DNA from: Octopus bimaculoides
Taxonomy: Eukaryota
Direction: 5' to 3'
NCBI RefSeq assembly: GCF_001194135.2
Contig: NC_069003.1
Location: 10,404,684-10,468,683 of the forward strand
Length of the DNA: 64,000 nucleotides
Shown piece after piece: positions 25,689 to 37,372 of the stretch. The notes beneath the pieces were generated by a model, which saw nothing but the letters and a program-made list of their open reading frames with translations, was not told where the DNA came from and made no database searches. A program made the position numbers and the translations under genes. Numbering within the stretch: the stretch's first letter is position 1; every line of letters starts with the position of its first letter.

Positions 25689-26297
25689 GTAAAAATGACC
25701 AGTTTTTTTTTTTTTTTTTAACTCCATTGCGCCTTTCACGCAAACAATTCGCTGTCTGTTTATCAGTCTGACTGCCAGCCTGTCTGTCAGTCTCTGTCAG
25801 TCTTTATCTGTCTGATTGGCTGGCTGCCTGCTTATCAGCCTATCTGTCTCTGCCTGCCTATCTGCTTATCTGTTTGACTGTTTCTCTACCTACCTCATTG
25901 TCTATTTATCAGTCCATCTCTCTGTCTGCCTATCTCTCTGTCTGTCTATCTGTTCGTCTGTCTATCTCTCTGCCCATCTATTCTCCATCTGTCTATCTCT
26001 CTATCTATTTATCTCTCTATCTGTCTACCTCTCCATCTGCCTATCTCTCTATGATTCTGGTCCTCTATATACCTATTAATCAATCAATCCATCAAAATGG
26101 TTAAACAGATAGTCCATCAAAAGTAAAAGTCCATATCTTATCTTTATGGTCAAGAATTTGGTTCATATATTGTGCTCTGGTCATTGGCAAAATTTACATT
26201 TATTTGGATTTATTTATTCATTTTTTTTTTCACATAGAGATTTGAGATATTTTTTCTCTTTTTTTAAATCAACTTATAATATTTTTTTCTTTTACAG

Positions 26298-26417
26298 CTT
26301 GCAAGGCTGAAGTGTACCCCTGCCAACCAATACCAGCTTTGATTCCTTTATTGGAATCAAAGAACCATGACACTCTCTGTAACACAATTGCGATTCTAAC
26401 CATCTTGACTACTACTA
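26298..26417 (+). CDS. VAC8-like: Vac8-like exon, ARM repeat (ACKAEVYPCQPIPALIPLLESKNHDTLCNTIAILTILTTT)
   Basis: Acceptor tttttcttttacag, donor acta|gtaaga, 120 nt, phase 1-1. Aligns with the Vac8 repeat containing QCNAVGCITNLAT. Confidence 0.88.
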
Positions 26418-28021
26418 GTAAGAATTTTTTCTTTGTTTTATTTTGTTTATATATACCGGAGTAAGCACATGCAATGTGCAACAAGGTGGAAAAAAGAGTA
26501 TTCAAATACCAGAGGTAGAGTAATATGCTTTATTTAAAAGCAGCAGAAATATAACAAAAGCTATTACTCAGAGTTTCACGTTCCCGTTCATTGGACAGTT
26601 TTGTTAAAAAAAAACAAATTGAAAAGTGGACGTTAAATGATGATGATAGCATTCTGTTTACCACTCCCACCACGACCATCACCATTTTCTCGTTCTCCGC
26701 AGGCCCCACCCCATACCAGAGGTCACCAGATCCCCCTCCACTTCACCAGGTTGCCAGCCCTNNNNNNNNNNNNNNNNNNNNNNNNNNNNNNNNNNNNNNN
26801 NNNNNNNNNNNNNNNNNNNNNNNNNNNNNNNNNNNNNNNNNNNNNNNNNNNNNNNNNNNNNNNNNNNNNNNNNNNNNNNNNNNNNNNNNNNNNNNNNNNN
26901 NNNNNNNNNNNNNNNNNNNNNNNNNNNNNNNNNNNNNNNNNNNNNNNNNNNNNNNNNNNNNNNNNNNNNNNNNNNNNNNNNNNNNNNNNNNNNNNNNNNN
27001 NNNNNNNNNNNNNNNNNNNNNNNNNNNNNNNNNNNNNNNNNNNNNNNNNNNNNNNNNNNNNNNNNNNNNNNNNNNNNNNNNNNNNNNNNNNNNNNNNNNN
27101 NNNNNNNNNNNNNNNNNNNNNNNNNNNNNNNNNNNNNNNNNNNNNNNNNNNNNNNNNNNNNNNNNNNNNNNNNNNNNNNNNNNNNNNNNNNNNNNNNNNN
27201 NNNNNNNNNNNNNNNNNNNNNNNNNNNNNNNNNNNNNNNNNNNNNNNNNNNNNNNNNNNNNNNNNNNNNNNNNNNNNNNNNNNNNNNNNNNNNNNNNNNN
27301 NNNNNNNNNNNNNNNNNNNNNNNNNNNNNNNNNNNNNNNNNNNNNNNNNNNNNNNNNNNNNNNNNNNNNNNNNNNNNNNNNNNNNNNNNNNNNNNNNNNN
27401 NNNNNNNNNNNNNNNNNNNNNNNNNNNNNNNNNNNNNNNNNNNNNNNNNNNNNNNNNNNNNNNNNNNNNNNNNNNNNNNNNNNNNNNNNNNNNNNNNNNN
27501 NNNNNNNNNNNNNNNNNNNNNNNNNNNNNNNNNNNNNNNNNNNNNNNNNNNNNNNNNNNNNNNNNNNNNNNNNNNNNNNNNNNNNNNNTGTGTGTGTGTG
27601 TGTGTGTGAGTTTATATGTATGTATGTGTGTGTGATTGTGCGTGTGTGTATTTATGTGTGATTATGCGTGTGTGTATATATCTGTGTGTGTGTTTATACG
27701 TGTATGTATGTGTGTGTATGTATGTGTGTATATGCCTATGTGCGTGTGCATGTAGATGTGTGTGTGTGTATATGTGTGTGTGATTGTGTGTGTGTGTTTA
27801 TGTGTGTATGTTTGTATATATGTGTGTGTGATTATGCGTGTGTGTATATGTCTGTGTATGTGTTTATACGTGTGTGTGCATATGTGTGTGTGTGTGTGCA
27901 TATAGATGTGTGTATGTGTGTGTGTGTGCATATAGATGTATGTGTGTGTGTGTGCATATAGATGTGTGTGTGTGTGTGTGTTTTATTGACTGAAACTAGT
28001 AAAAGAATAAAGCTCAGGTCT

Positions 28022-28200
28022 CCTGTAGATATTCTAAAATAACTTTGTCCCCTCCAACCTGCTTCAGCACAGTTTTCCAAATGAATTTAGGGGTCTACAA
28101 TCTTCCCCTTAATGTAGGCCCCTAAATCAAGGCAGGTTTTGTATGGAGAATTGTGGTGATACAGGGAGAAGGGGCAGACTTGTTTTTGAATATCCACAAG
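28022..28200. mobile_element. Decayed palindromic MITE
   Basis: Inner arms atttaggggtctaca / tgtaggcccctaaat; outer arms tgtagatattctaaaataac / ttgtttttgaatatccaca. Confidence 0.6.
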
Positions 28201-28429
28201 ATATCCAAGCTTTTATTCTTTCACTGGTTTCTATCATTGAACTGTGGCTATGCTGGGGCACCACCTTCACAAGTTTAGTTAATAACACTGTAAATAAATC
28301 TTTTGTTACTCTTGTTGTTGTTTTTATTTATAGTCTGATGATATTTCAGAATCACAATTCATTCTTCAGATCTTCTTGGCTGGAGTCTCTGCTATAAACT
28401 GTTTTCCAACAGTTTTCTTTTTTTTTTTG

Positions 28430-28980
28430 TTTTTATTGTTGTTGTTGCTGTTGTTGTTGCTGGTGGCGTTGCTGCTGTTGTTGATGGTGATGATGCTACT
28501 GTGGTTACTGTTTTTGCTGTCTTTACTGTTGGTGTTGTTGCTGCTGTTGTTGTTGTTGTTGTTGTTGTTGCTGCTGTTGTTGATGGTGATGATGATGATG
28601 TTGCTGTTGTTGGTGATGGTGATGATGATGTTGTTGTTGCTGCTGCTGCTGTTGATGGTGATGATGATGATGTTGCTGCTGCTGTTGTTGATGGTGATGA
28701 TGATGATGATGTTGCTGTTGTTGATGGTGATGATGTTGTTGTTGCTGCTGTTGTTGATGGTGATGATGTTGTTGTTGCTGCTGTTGTTGCTGCTGTTGTT
28801 GTTGATGATGTTGTTGTTGTTGTTCCTGTTACTGTTGCTGCTGCTGTTGTTGTTGGTGGTGGTGCTGTTGCTGTTGTTTTATTATTGGTGTCATAATTGT
28901 TATACCTACTGTTGTTGTTGTTGTTATACTTACTATTATTGTTCTTGTTGCCACCGATGTCGTCGTTGTTGTTGTTGTTT
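28430..28980. repeat. (GTT/GAT/GCT)n tract
   Basis: Direct. Confidence 0.95.
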
Positions 28981-29059
28981 ACTGGTGACTTTTTGACATT
29001 CTTCCCGTCCCTTTAATTTCTTCAATGACATTAAGATGTCCGACAGTGTCTCATTGTAG

Positions 29060-29274
29060 CTGCCAGCCGAGACGAGATCGTCCGGGAGGGTGGGGTGGCC
29101 CTGTTGATTTCCGTTCTCCAAGACTGCGGGGACAACGATGTCCGCTACTATTGCTTCGGTGCCATGGGCAACATTGCAGCCACCCCAGAGAACAGACAGG
29201 TACTCTTTGTGGCGGACAAGAAACTTTTGATGAACTATTTATTGGTTCACAATCTTTCGTCAGAGTCTGAGAAG
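29060..29274 (+). CDS. VAC8-like: Vac8-like exon (ASRDEIVREGGVALLISVLQDCGDNDVRYYCFGAMGNIAATPENRQVL...SESEK)
   Basis: Acceptor tcattgtag, donor gaag|gtattt, 215 nt, phase 1 to 0. DVRYYC..AMGNIA matches Vac8 DVQYYCTTALSNIA. Confidence 0.92.
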
Positions 29275-29279
29275 GTATT

Positions 29280-29715
29280 TGTCATCTTCATTATAACTAT
29301 CATCCTCATCATCATCGTCATCATCATCATCATTATCATCACTAGCACCATTGTCGTGATTATTATCTTCGATATCTTTGCTATTATCAGTTGTCATTGC
29401 CACCACCATCATCATCATTACCACCACCATCAACATCATCATCATCATTGCCACCACTATCATCAGTAGCATCATTGCCATCACCACCATCAGCATAATC
29501 ACCATCATTGTCATTATTCATTGTCCTTATCATTATCATTGCAATCATCATTAGTCATCATCATCATCATCCTCGCTATCACAATTTCTCATTATCACCA
29601 ACACCCTCATCGCCATCATCATCATCATCGTTGTCACTATTATGGTCATCATCACCATCATCACTCCCAACATGACAATCTCCCCCTCGCCACCACCACC
29701 ACCACCACCACCATG
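29280..29715. repeat. (ATC/CAC)n tract
   Basis: Direct. Confidence 0.95.
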
Positions 29716-29808
29716 TGAAGCCAGAGAGAGAGAGCTTCTATGCCCAATAATGATGTGATGGCTGTCATCCCTGTCCCACTGCTCATCTTGTTTGTCTGTT
29801 TGTTTCAG

Positions 29809-29854
29809 GTGACAGGACAATGTCTTTTAACTCTTAGGAATCTGGCATCTGATG
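29809..29854 (+). CDS. VAC8-like: Vac8-like exon (VTGQCLLTLRNLASD)
   Basis: Acceptor tttgtttcag, donor gatg|gtaaga, 46 nt, phase 0 to 1. LRNLASD is identical to the Vac8 motif. Confidence 0.92.
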
Positions 29855-29879
29855 GTAAGAAAATAATTTGGCCTTTCAT

Positions 29880-30285
29880 TTTCATCAGTACATTTTCCTT
29901 TCTCTCATTTTCCTCTTTTTTCTTCTTCTTCCTTTTTTCTTCTGTTTCCTTTTACTTTTACTTTGTCCTTTTTTCTTCCTCTTCCACTTCTTCCACCTTG
30001 TTCTTCTTTCTTTCTTATTTCTTTCTCCCTTTCTTTCTCTCTCTCTTTCTTTCTTTTTCTTTTCTCTCTCTCTCTTTCTTTCTTTTACTTTTCTCTCTCT
30101 CTCTTTCTTTCTTTTACTTTTCTCTCTCTCTCTCTCTCTCTTTCTTTTCCTTCTTTCTTTCGTTCTTTTTTTCCTTTCCTTTCTTCCCTTCTTTCTTTCC
30201 TTCCTTCTTTCCTTCTTTCCTTCTTTTCTTTTTTTCTTTATTTCTTTTTTTTTCTTTCTTTCTTTCTTTCTTTCTTTCTTTGCTC
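29880..30285. repeat. About 400-bp polypyrimidine (CT/TTTC)n tract
   Basis: Direct. Confidence 0.95.
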
Positions 30286-30456
30286 CATCCTATTCAGATA
30301 TGATTTAGAAAAAGACTTCAGAGGAATACAATGTAAATATAACTATTAACACCAACTTAAGGATAGATTATACTATGGATATATCTGATTTCTGTGGTAA
30401 AAGGGTTAAAAAAAAAATGAAAGAAAAGAAATGAATTGTGAGATGTTTTATTGCAG

Positions 30457-30593
30457 CTCTCAACCAGGAGGAATTAGCCATGGGTGGAGCAATTGAGAAA
30501 ATCCACAAGATTATCCAATCAACAAAAAGCCAAGAAATCCTCAGTCTAGCGTTGTGCTGCCTTCGTAACCTCTCAAACTTCGAAGCCAATCAG
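30457..30593 (+). CDS. VAC8-like: Vac8-like exon (ALNQEELAMGGAIEKIHKIIQSTKSQEILSLALCCLRNLSNFEANQ)
   Basis: Acceptor ttttattgcag, donor cag|gttagt, 137 nt, phase 1 to 0. ARM repeat pattern. Confidence 0.9.
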
Positions 30594-31623
30594 GTTAGTG
30601 TGACATGAAATAAACTCAGTCTTATACACCTCCCATAACACTTACAGATACATTGATTTACTGAAATGATACAGTGCTGAATTAAATGCTTTGCAGTCCT
30701 TACCCAAGTTTTTGTCTATATTCTCAGCTCAATTTCTGTGAGAGCTCCTTGCCCACTTTCCTTTTTGTCATTCATCATTCAGAAGTTATTTGCTCAACTT
30801 TCTCAGTTCTATATTGCCACCTCAACTTTTTCTGTCCTGTATACCCAGCTCATCTTGTCCTGTTTTGTATTTGTTGGCCTAAATTTCTGTGTTCCGTATC
30901 ATCAGCTCAACTTTCTGAGTTCTCTATTGACAGCACAAGTTTCTCTATTTTGTATTGCTAGCTTAACCTCCATTGTCCTATATTGCTGGCTCAAATTTCT
31001 GTTCTATATTACCAGCTTAATTTTCTTTGTTCTGTATTGCTAACTTGATATTCAGTAATCAACATTGCAAGCTCAACCTTTTGTGGTCTGTATTTCCAGC
31101 TCAAATTTTTATTATCTATATTGTCAGCTCAATTTTCCTTGTTTTGTGTTACCAGCTCAGCTGCCCCTGTTTTGTATGGCCACCTCAGTTTTCTGTTGTA
31201 TATTACCAGCTCAACTTTCTGTATCCTGTATAGCCAGCTCAACTTCCCCTGTTCTATATCAACAGCTCAACTTTCTGTGTTCTATATTGCCAGCTCAAAT
31301 TTCTTTGATCTATATTGCTAGATCAACTTTGCCTAATTTGTATTACCAGTTCAACTTCCTGCTTTGTATGGCCACCTCGATTTTCTGTTCTACAATGCCA
31401 GCTCAACTTCCCCTGTTCTGTATTGTCAGTTCAACTATATGTGTTCTCTATTGTTTGCTCAACTATATGTGTTCTCTATTGCTTGCTTAACCTGCCCTAT
31501 TCTATAGTCAGCTCAACTTCCCCCATTCTCTCTTGCCAGTTCAATTCTCTCCATCATGTATTGTCATGTCAACTTTCCCTGTTTTGTATTGACAACTCAT
31601 CTTTATGTATTTTGTGTTGACAG

Positions 31624-31749
31624 GTCAAGTTTGTATCAGAAGAATTTCTCTCTGATCTTGGTAATATTCTGCAGGACTCTACCAATCCTGATGCTCAACA
31701 CAGTTCTGCCAGCATCATTAGAAACCTTGTTGATGGAGCATATATGAAG
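31624..31749 (+). CDS. VAC8-like: Vac8-like exon (VKFVSEEFLSDLGNILQDSTNPDAQHSSASIIRNLVDGAYMK)
   Basis: Acceptor ttgtgttgacag, donor aag|gtaagt, 126 nt, phase 0-0. ARM pattern FL..L..IL...Q....IIRNL. Confidence 0.88.
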
Positions 31750-32210
31750 GTAAGTTCCACTGAGTGTGAGTGAAGGTGAAGTGTAAGTGATAGTGATTAT
31801 TGTTGTTGTTGTTGTCCCTCCTCAAGCCAACCCTCATCCAGCAGATCAATGATCAAAGGAATCCCAGCTGGAGACATCCAGATTTTTTAGGGATCTGAAA
31901 CACAACATTATTTAATGTGTTACTCCCTTATTATGCTGTATCGTATATTAAGGGAAGTTTAGCTGTTATTTCCAGCAGGTTGAGCACCTCTATAGAAATT
32001 CTCTAATTGTTGGTAGTGTTGAATAGCTGTAATGAAGTTGTGAATGATAAAACCAGTAATACTGAAATTAAATTCTGCTGAGCTCAACTTAGCCTTTCAT
32101 CCTTCTGGGGAGTCAATGAAATAAGTACCAGTTATACACTGGAGTCGATATAATCATCGACTAGCACTCTCACCAAAATTTCAGGTCTTGTGCCTATATT
32201 AGAAAGGATT

Positions 32211-32585
32211 ATTACCTCCGCCTTAACGAAGGCAGAGGTATTGTTTTCAGTCGTGTTTGTTTCTTTGTTTGTCCGTGGACAAGATGTCTCAAGAACCCCT
32301 GGATGGACTCAGATGAAACTTTCAGGGATGTTTGGCCTTGTGACTGGCACAAACTGATTAGATTTTGGGATCGATCCAGTATCAAACAAGGATTCTGGAT
32401 TATTTTTCCTGTTTTTTTTTTACTTAAATTTTGAGAGCGGTCGGGTTCATTTTTAGTATTCTCGTTTGTGAGAGCAGTTGAGTTTATTTCAGATATTCTC
32501 ATTTTAAAAATCATCTCCGGCTAATCATTGAGAGGACGTTGGTGTTACCTTGGCGGAGGTTTGCGCTCTCTGAGTGCTATTGTTG
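32211..32585 (+). mobile_element. Full-length DINE-1/HINE-like (Helentron-derived) element
   Basis: 5' subterminal ACCTCCGCCTT with adjacent inverted AAGGCAGAGGT, a (TTTG) run, 3' CCTTGGCGGAGGT, stem-loop gcgctctctgagtgc and a T-rich end. Inserted in the (ATT) tail of a family B SINE. Confidence 0.7.
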
Positions 32586-32628
32586 TTATTATTATTATTA
32601 ATTTATTTTTTCAATCTTTCCCTTTCAG

Positions 32629-32740
32629 ATAATAAAACTAAAATGCCTGGCTATACTAATTGGTATTTTGATGGTTCCAAAATGTAACATCAATGTTCTG
32701 GTTGAAGTAACAGGTTCAGTGTCAATATTAGCAGCAGAAG
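32629..32740 (+). CDS. VAC8-like: Vac8-like exon (IIKLKCLAILIGILMVPKCNINVLVEVTGSVSILAAE)
   Basis: Acceptor tctttccctttcag, donor gaag|gttaga, 112 nt, phase 0 to 1. Confidence 0.85.
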
Positions 32741-32889
32741 GTTAGATCATTTTATATCTGCTTGTTTCAGGTTCAATCCCACTGCATGGAACCTTAGGAA
32801 AGTGTCTTCTACATTTTCGACCAGGGCTGACAAAAGACTTGTGAGAGAATTTGTCAGAGGGAAGCTGAAAGAAAGCCCTTCATGTGGAA

Positions 32890-32920
<31 letters not shown>

Positions 32921-33019
32921 CATGTATAATATGAGTGTGTATATATGAATGTATGTGTCTGAATGTTTATATATGTGTACATGTATTTGAGTGTGTGTGT
33001 ATGAGTGCATGTGTGTCAG

Positions 33020-33051
<32 letters not shown>

Positions 33052-33619
33052 CACACGCACACATATGTATATATACATGTTAATGTTTATATGTTTTTTT
33101 TTTCTTTTAGGAAGTTAATTGTTATGGCTAGTCATAGAATGACCATTGATTTCACCTCTACAAAAAGCCCTACCCAAGCATGCATGGAAGACGGTCATTA
33201 AACGATTAATGAAAGTGCTTACCTGTATAGGTGACTCAACTGACTCAAAAAGCTAAAGGTGCATGACCTCGCTCACCTGATGTACTTTTGGCCATTTGAG
33301 TCTGTTGTGTCACCTATTCGGCGAAGTGCNNNNNNNNNNNNNNNNNNNNNNNNNNNNNNNNNNNNNNNNNNNNNNNNNNNNNNNNNNNNNNNNNNNNNNN
33401 NNNNNNNNNNNNNNNNNNNNNNNNNNNNNNNNNNNNNNNNNNNNNNNNNNNNNNNNNNNNNNNNNNNNNNNNNNNNNNNNNNNNNNNNNNNNNNNNNNNN
33501 NNNNNNNNNNNNNNNNNNNNNNNNNNNNNNNNNNNNNNNNNNNNNNNNNNNNNNNNATATATGTGTGTGTGTGTGTATAATAGAAAGGATTATTATTATT
33601 ATCATCATCATCATCATCA

Positions 33620-34210
33620 GGGCAGCAAGCTGGCAGAATCATTAACACACCGGATGAAATGTTTCATGGTCTTTCATCCATCTTTACGTTCTGAGTTCTA
33701 ATTCCTCCAAGGTCGACTTTGCCCTTCATCCTTTGTGCGTTGATAAATTAAGTACCAGTTGAGTACTGGGATCAATGTAATAAACTTAACCCCTCGCCCC
33801 AAAATTTCAGCCCTTGTGCCTTTAGTAGAAAGGATTATTATTATTATTATTGTTAAGGCAGTGAGCTGGTAGAGTTGTTAGCATGCTGAGCAAAATGCTT
33901 AGCTGCATTTCATCTATCACTAGGTTCTGAGTTCAAATTCCACCAAGGCTGACTTATCCTTTCAAAATAAATACCAGTGGAGCACTAAGGTCAATATAAT
34001 CAACTTGTTCCTTACCCCCAAAAGGGGGTAAAGGACAACTTGATTATTTTCACCCTTGTGCCTTTAGTAGAAGTCACAAGGGTCAATATATTATCATTAT
34101 TATTATTATTATTGTTATTAGGGCAGTGAGCTGACAGTCATTAGCACACTGGACGAAATGTGTTAATTCGTCCAGGCCTTGTGTCTTTAGTAGAAAGTAT
34201 TAATATTATT
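33620..34210 (+). mobile_element. Head-to-tail array of 3 family B SINEs separated by (ATT)n
   Basis: Heads at about 33620, 33855 and 34120; tails gtagaaaggattattattatt. Confidence 0.85.
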
Positions 34211-34597
34211 ATTATCTTGTGTATGCATGGCTTAGTGGTTATGGCATTGCATCTATGATTGCGAGACCACAGTTTCAATTCTCAGAGCAAGCGGTGCATT
34301 GTTTTTTTGAGCAAAATGCTTCATCTTATATCACTTTGTGGTCACTTCAACACCTGGTGTGTGGTACATCATGCACCTGTTCACACAACATCAATTTGTT
34401 GATGGATGGAGGGAGTGAGCTAATGTACAGCACAAACATCTGATCCCTATAAACAAATCATTTGTGCAGGTCATTGGCAAAAGCTGAACACTCATATGCC
34501 ATCTTCAATGGGAGAGGCCATCATTATTATTATTATTATTATTATCATTATTGTTCTCAATGTCCGTTAATTCCATGGTTTCTGTTCCATTCCACAG

Positions 34598-34732
34598 AGG
34601 ATGTCCGCTACCATTTGGCCCAGACTAAGAATGGTAAAGTGTTTCAAGCGCTGGTCATGTTAGCTTCCCAGTCATCAAGCCCTGAACTGCAATATAACTG
34701 TGCTGGCACTCTCTGCCAAATTCTTATAGAAA
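34598..34732 (+). CDS. VAC8-like: Vac8-like exon (EDVRYHLAQTKNGKVFQALVMLASQSSSPELQYNCAGTLCQILIE)
   Basis: Acceptor ccattccacag, donor gaaa|gtaagc, 135 nt, phase 1-1. ELQYNCAGTL resembles Vac8 EVxGNxAAAL. Confidence 0.9.
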
Positions 34733-34928
34733 GTAAGCTTTACCTTTTGTTGACCCTTTTATTTCCTTTTTTTTTGTCTTTTTATAGATATTTGGTACTT
34801 TCATCATCATCATCATCGTTTAACGTCCGCTTTCCATGCTAGCATGGATTGGATGATTTGACTCAGGACTGGTGAACCAGATGGCTACACCAGGCTTTAT
34901 CCCTATATATTTTTTAAACATATTTTTC

Positions 34929-35140
34929 GAAGTAGTTGTATGCTGTCAACTTAATGTGACAGTCCCCTGAAGGGAATGATACTACTGTTGGTTAGACCTA
35001 GGAAGCTGCATCGCTTCCTGTCGGCCTTGACACATTTCCTGTGTCCTTATGTTTACAAGGACACAGGAAACATAAGGACACAGTAGTATTATTCCCTTCA
35101 CGGGGACTGTCACATTAAGTTGACAGCATACAACTACTTC
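34929..35140. mobile_element. MITE with about 60-bp near-perfect TIRs and an internal hairpin
   Basis: gaagtagttgtatgctgtcaacttaatgtgacagtcccc is the exact reverse complement of ggggactgtcacattaagttgacagcatacaactacttc. Confidence 0.9.
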
Positions 35141-35472
35141 ATCGTATCACTACTGCATAAATCTCTCTCAGAGATTTAGAAATCTATTATTTCTAAATTA
35201 TATTTTTCACTTATTATTTTTTTTACTGCCAATTCTCTCCTCATCATCATCATTACCATAACCATCATCATCATCATCGCAATGACCATCATCATCATCA
35301 TCACCGTGATCATCTTATACTGACCACCAACATCACAGTCATCATCAACAGCATCATGAACACCACTCTGCACCAGTACATTCTGGTTTACTCTGCTTTT
35401 ATTCTTCCCCCAACCACCACCACCACCACTGCCATCACAACCGTCACCTTATTCTACTCTCTTCCTCTCCAG

Positions 35473-35601
35473 ATATCATCACAGACACCCAGAAAGAGAG
35501 AAGTTTACCTTACATCATTCAATATCTTCATGATTTCTTGAGATCAAACGATGCCAACTTCATTCACCTGGCTCTCTGGACAATCAAAAAGTTAACCAAA
35601 G
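35473..35601 (+). CDS. VAC8-like: Vac8-like exon (NIITDTQKERSLPYIIQYLHDFLRSNDANFIHLALWTIKKLTK)
   Basis: Acceptor cttcctctccag, donor aaag|gtaaga, 129 nt, phase 1-1. FLRSNDANFIHLALWT matches Vac8 FLKSDYATFEHIALWT. Confidence 0.92.
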
Positions 35602-35689
35602 GTAAGAAGGTGCTTTTGCTTTTCCTCCACCTCCCTTGTGTAATATAATAAAAGTCACATTATTATTATTATTATTATTATTATTGATT

Positions 35690-36235
35690 GAGAGAGTACT
35701 GCATGCCATCAAAGTGACACAGGGGCAAAATATACGAAGCCCAGGATACCCATCATGACTACCCGTCTGATAAGGGTACACCAGGCACATGCATCACAAC
35801 CATATGTGCATGACATGGTGATCTCATATCAAGATAAACAGTGCATGACCTCACAGGTGGGGCCCAGTTAGAATTTTCTTCAGGACAAATAGCCCATCTT
35901 GCTCAAAAGGTCCCTGAATAAGGTTTGTTTAAGGATGTTGAATGAAACACCCATGTTTCCAGAGGTGAATTATTCAAACCTCAAAGAATTCCTCTCAACA
36001 CATGGCTATGATGCTCCCCCACTTCTTCTGCTCGTGATCAGAGATGCACATACTGTCAGCCACCAAGGGACATGCTCAACTGGTTAAAATTAAGCAACTG
36101 ACAAGCAAATCTGTGGTATTAAGCAGAATATTTGTTGTAGCCCATCTTTTTATACCAAGACAAAACAATGTACATGATAACACTTCCAATCAGTTAAGAT
36201 CAGAAGTCATGAGAGCCACTGCCTGTCACTGCATC
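35690..36235. repeat. Unclassified dispersed repeat inserted between (ATT)n tracts
   Basis: Part recurs inverted at about 39620-39830 (ctcaacacatggctatgatgct...gatcagag). Confidence 0.6.
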
Positions 36236-36239
36236 AGGG

Positions 36240-36274
<35 letters not shown>

Positions 36275-36275
<1 letters not shown>

Positions 36276-37233
36276 GGTGGCCAGCTGGCAGAATCATTAG
36301 CATGCTGGGCAAAATGCTTCGTGGTATTTCATCCATCTTCAGGTTCTGAGTTCAAATTCCGCTGAGGTCAACTTTACCTTCCATCCTTTCAGCATTGATA
36401 AAATAAGTACCAGTTGAGCACTGGGGTTTTTGTAATCAGCTATCCCCTCCTCCAAATTTCTGGTTTTTTGCCTATAGTAGAAAGGATCATTATTATTATT
36501 ATTATTATTATTATTAAGGCGTTGAGCTGGCAAAATCATTAGCACACTGAGCTAAGCATTTTGCCCACCTTCACATTCTCAGTTCACATTCCACTGAGGT
36601 TGACTTTGCCTTTCATGCTTTCGGGGTCAATAGAATAAGTACCAGCCATGTACTGGGGTTGATCTAATCAACTGGCCCTCTCCCCACAAATTTCAGGCCT
36701 TGTGCCTATAGTAGAAAAGATTATTATTATTACGGTATTGAGCTGGCAGACTCGTTAGCATGCCGAGCAAAATGCTTAGAGGTATTTCATCTGTCTTTAC
36801 ATTCTGAGTTCAAATTTCACCGAGGTCAACTTTGCATTTCATCCTTCCGGAGTCGATGAATTAAGTACCAGTTGCATACTGGGGTCAATCTAATTGACTG
36901 GTCCCCTCCCCAAACAATTCGGGCCTTGTGCCTAGAGTAGAAAGGATTATTATTATTGTTATTATTATTATTATTATTATTATATAAAGTGGCATGCTAG
37001 CAGAATCGTTGGCACACTGGGCAAAATGCTTTGTGGTATTATGTTCTGAGTTCAAATTCTTCATCTTTCATCCTTTTGGGGTCAATACTAGTTGAACTGG
37101 GGTCAATGTAATCGACTTATTCCCTCCCTCGAAATTACTGTCCTTGTGCCAAAATTTGAAACCATTATTATTATTATTATTATTATTATTATCATTATTA
37201 TTATTATTATCATTATTATTATTATTATTATTA

Positions 37234-37297
<64 letters not shown>

Positions 37298-37304
37298 CAT
37301 TATT

Positions 37305-37336
<32 letters not shown>

Positions 37337-37337
37337 C

Positions 37338-37372
<35 letters not shown>

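Noticed and set aside
26703-26761. Acceptor-like ttctcgttctccgcag before the gap as the missing ARM exon
   Set aside because: The required phase-1 frame reads SPTPYQRSPDPPPLHQVASP, with no ARM character.
30686-31620. Overlapping Cys/Leu-rich ORFs
   Set aside because: Degenerate short-period repeat (cagctcaactt...) in the intron between exons 30593 and 31624.
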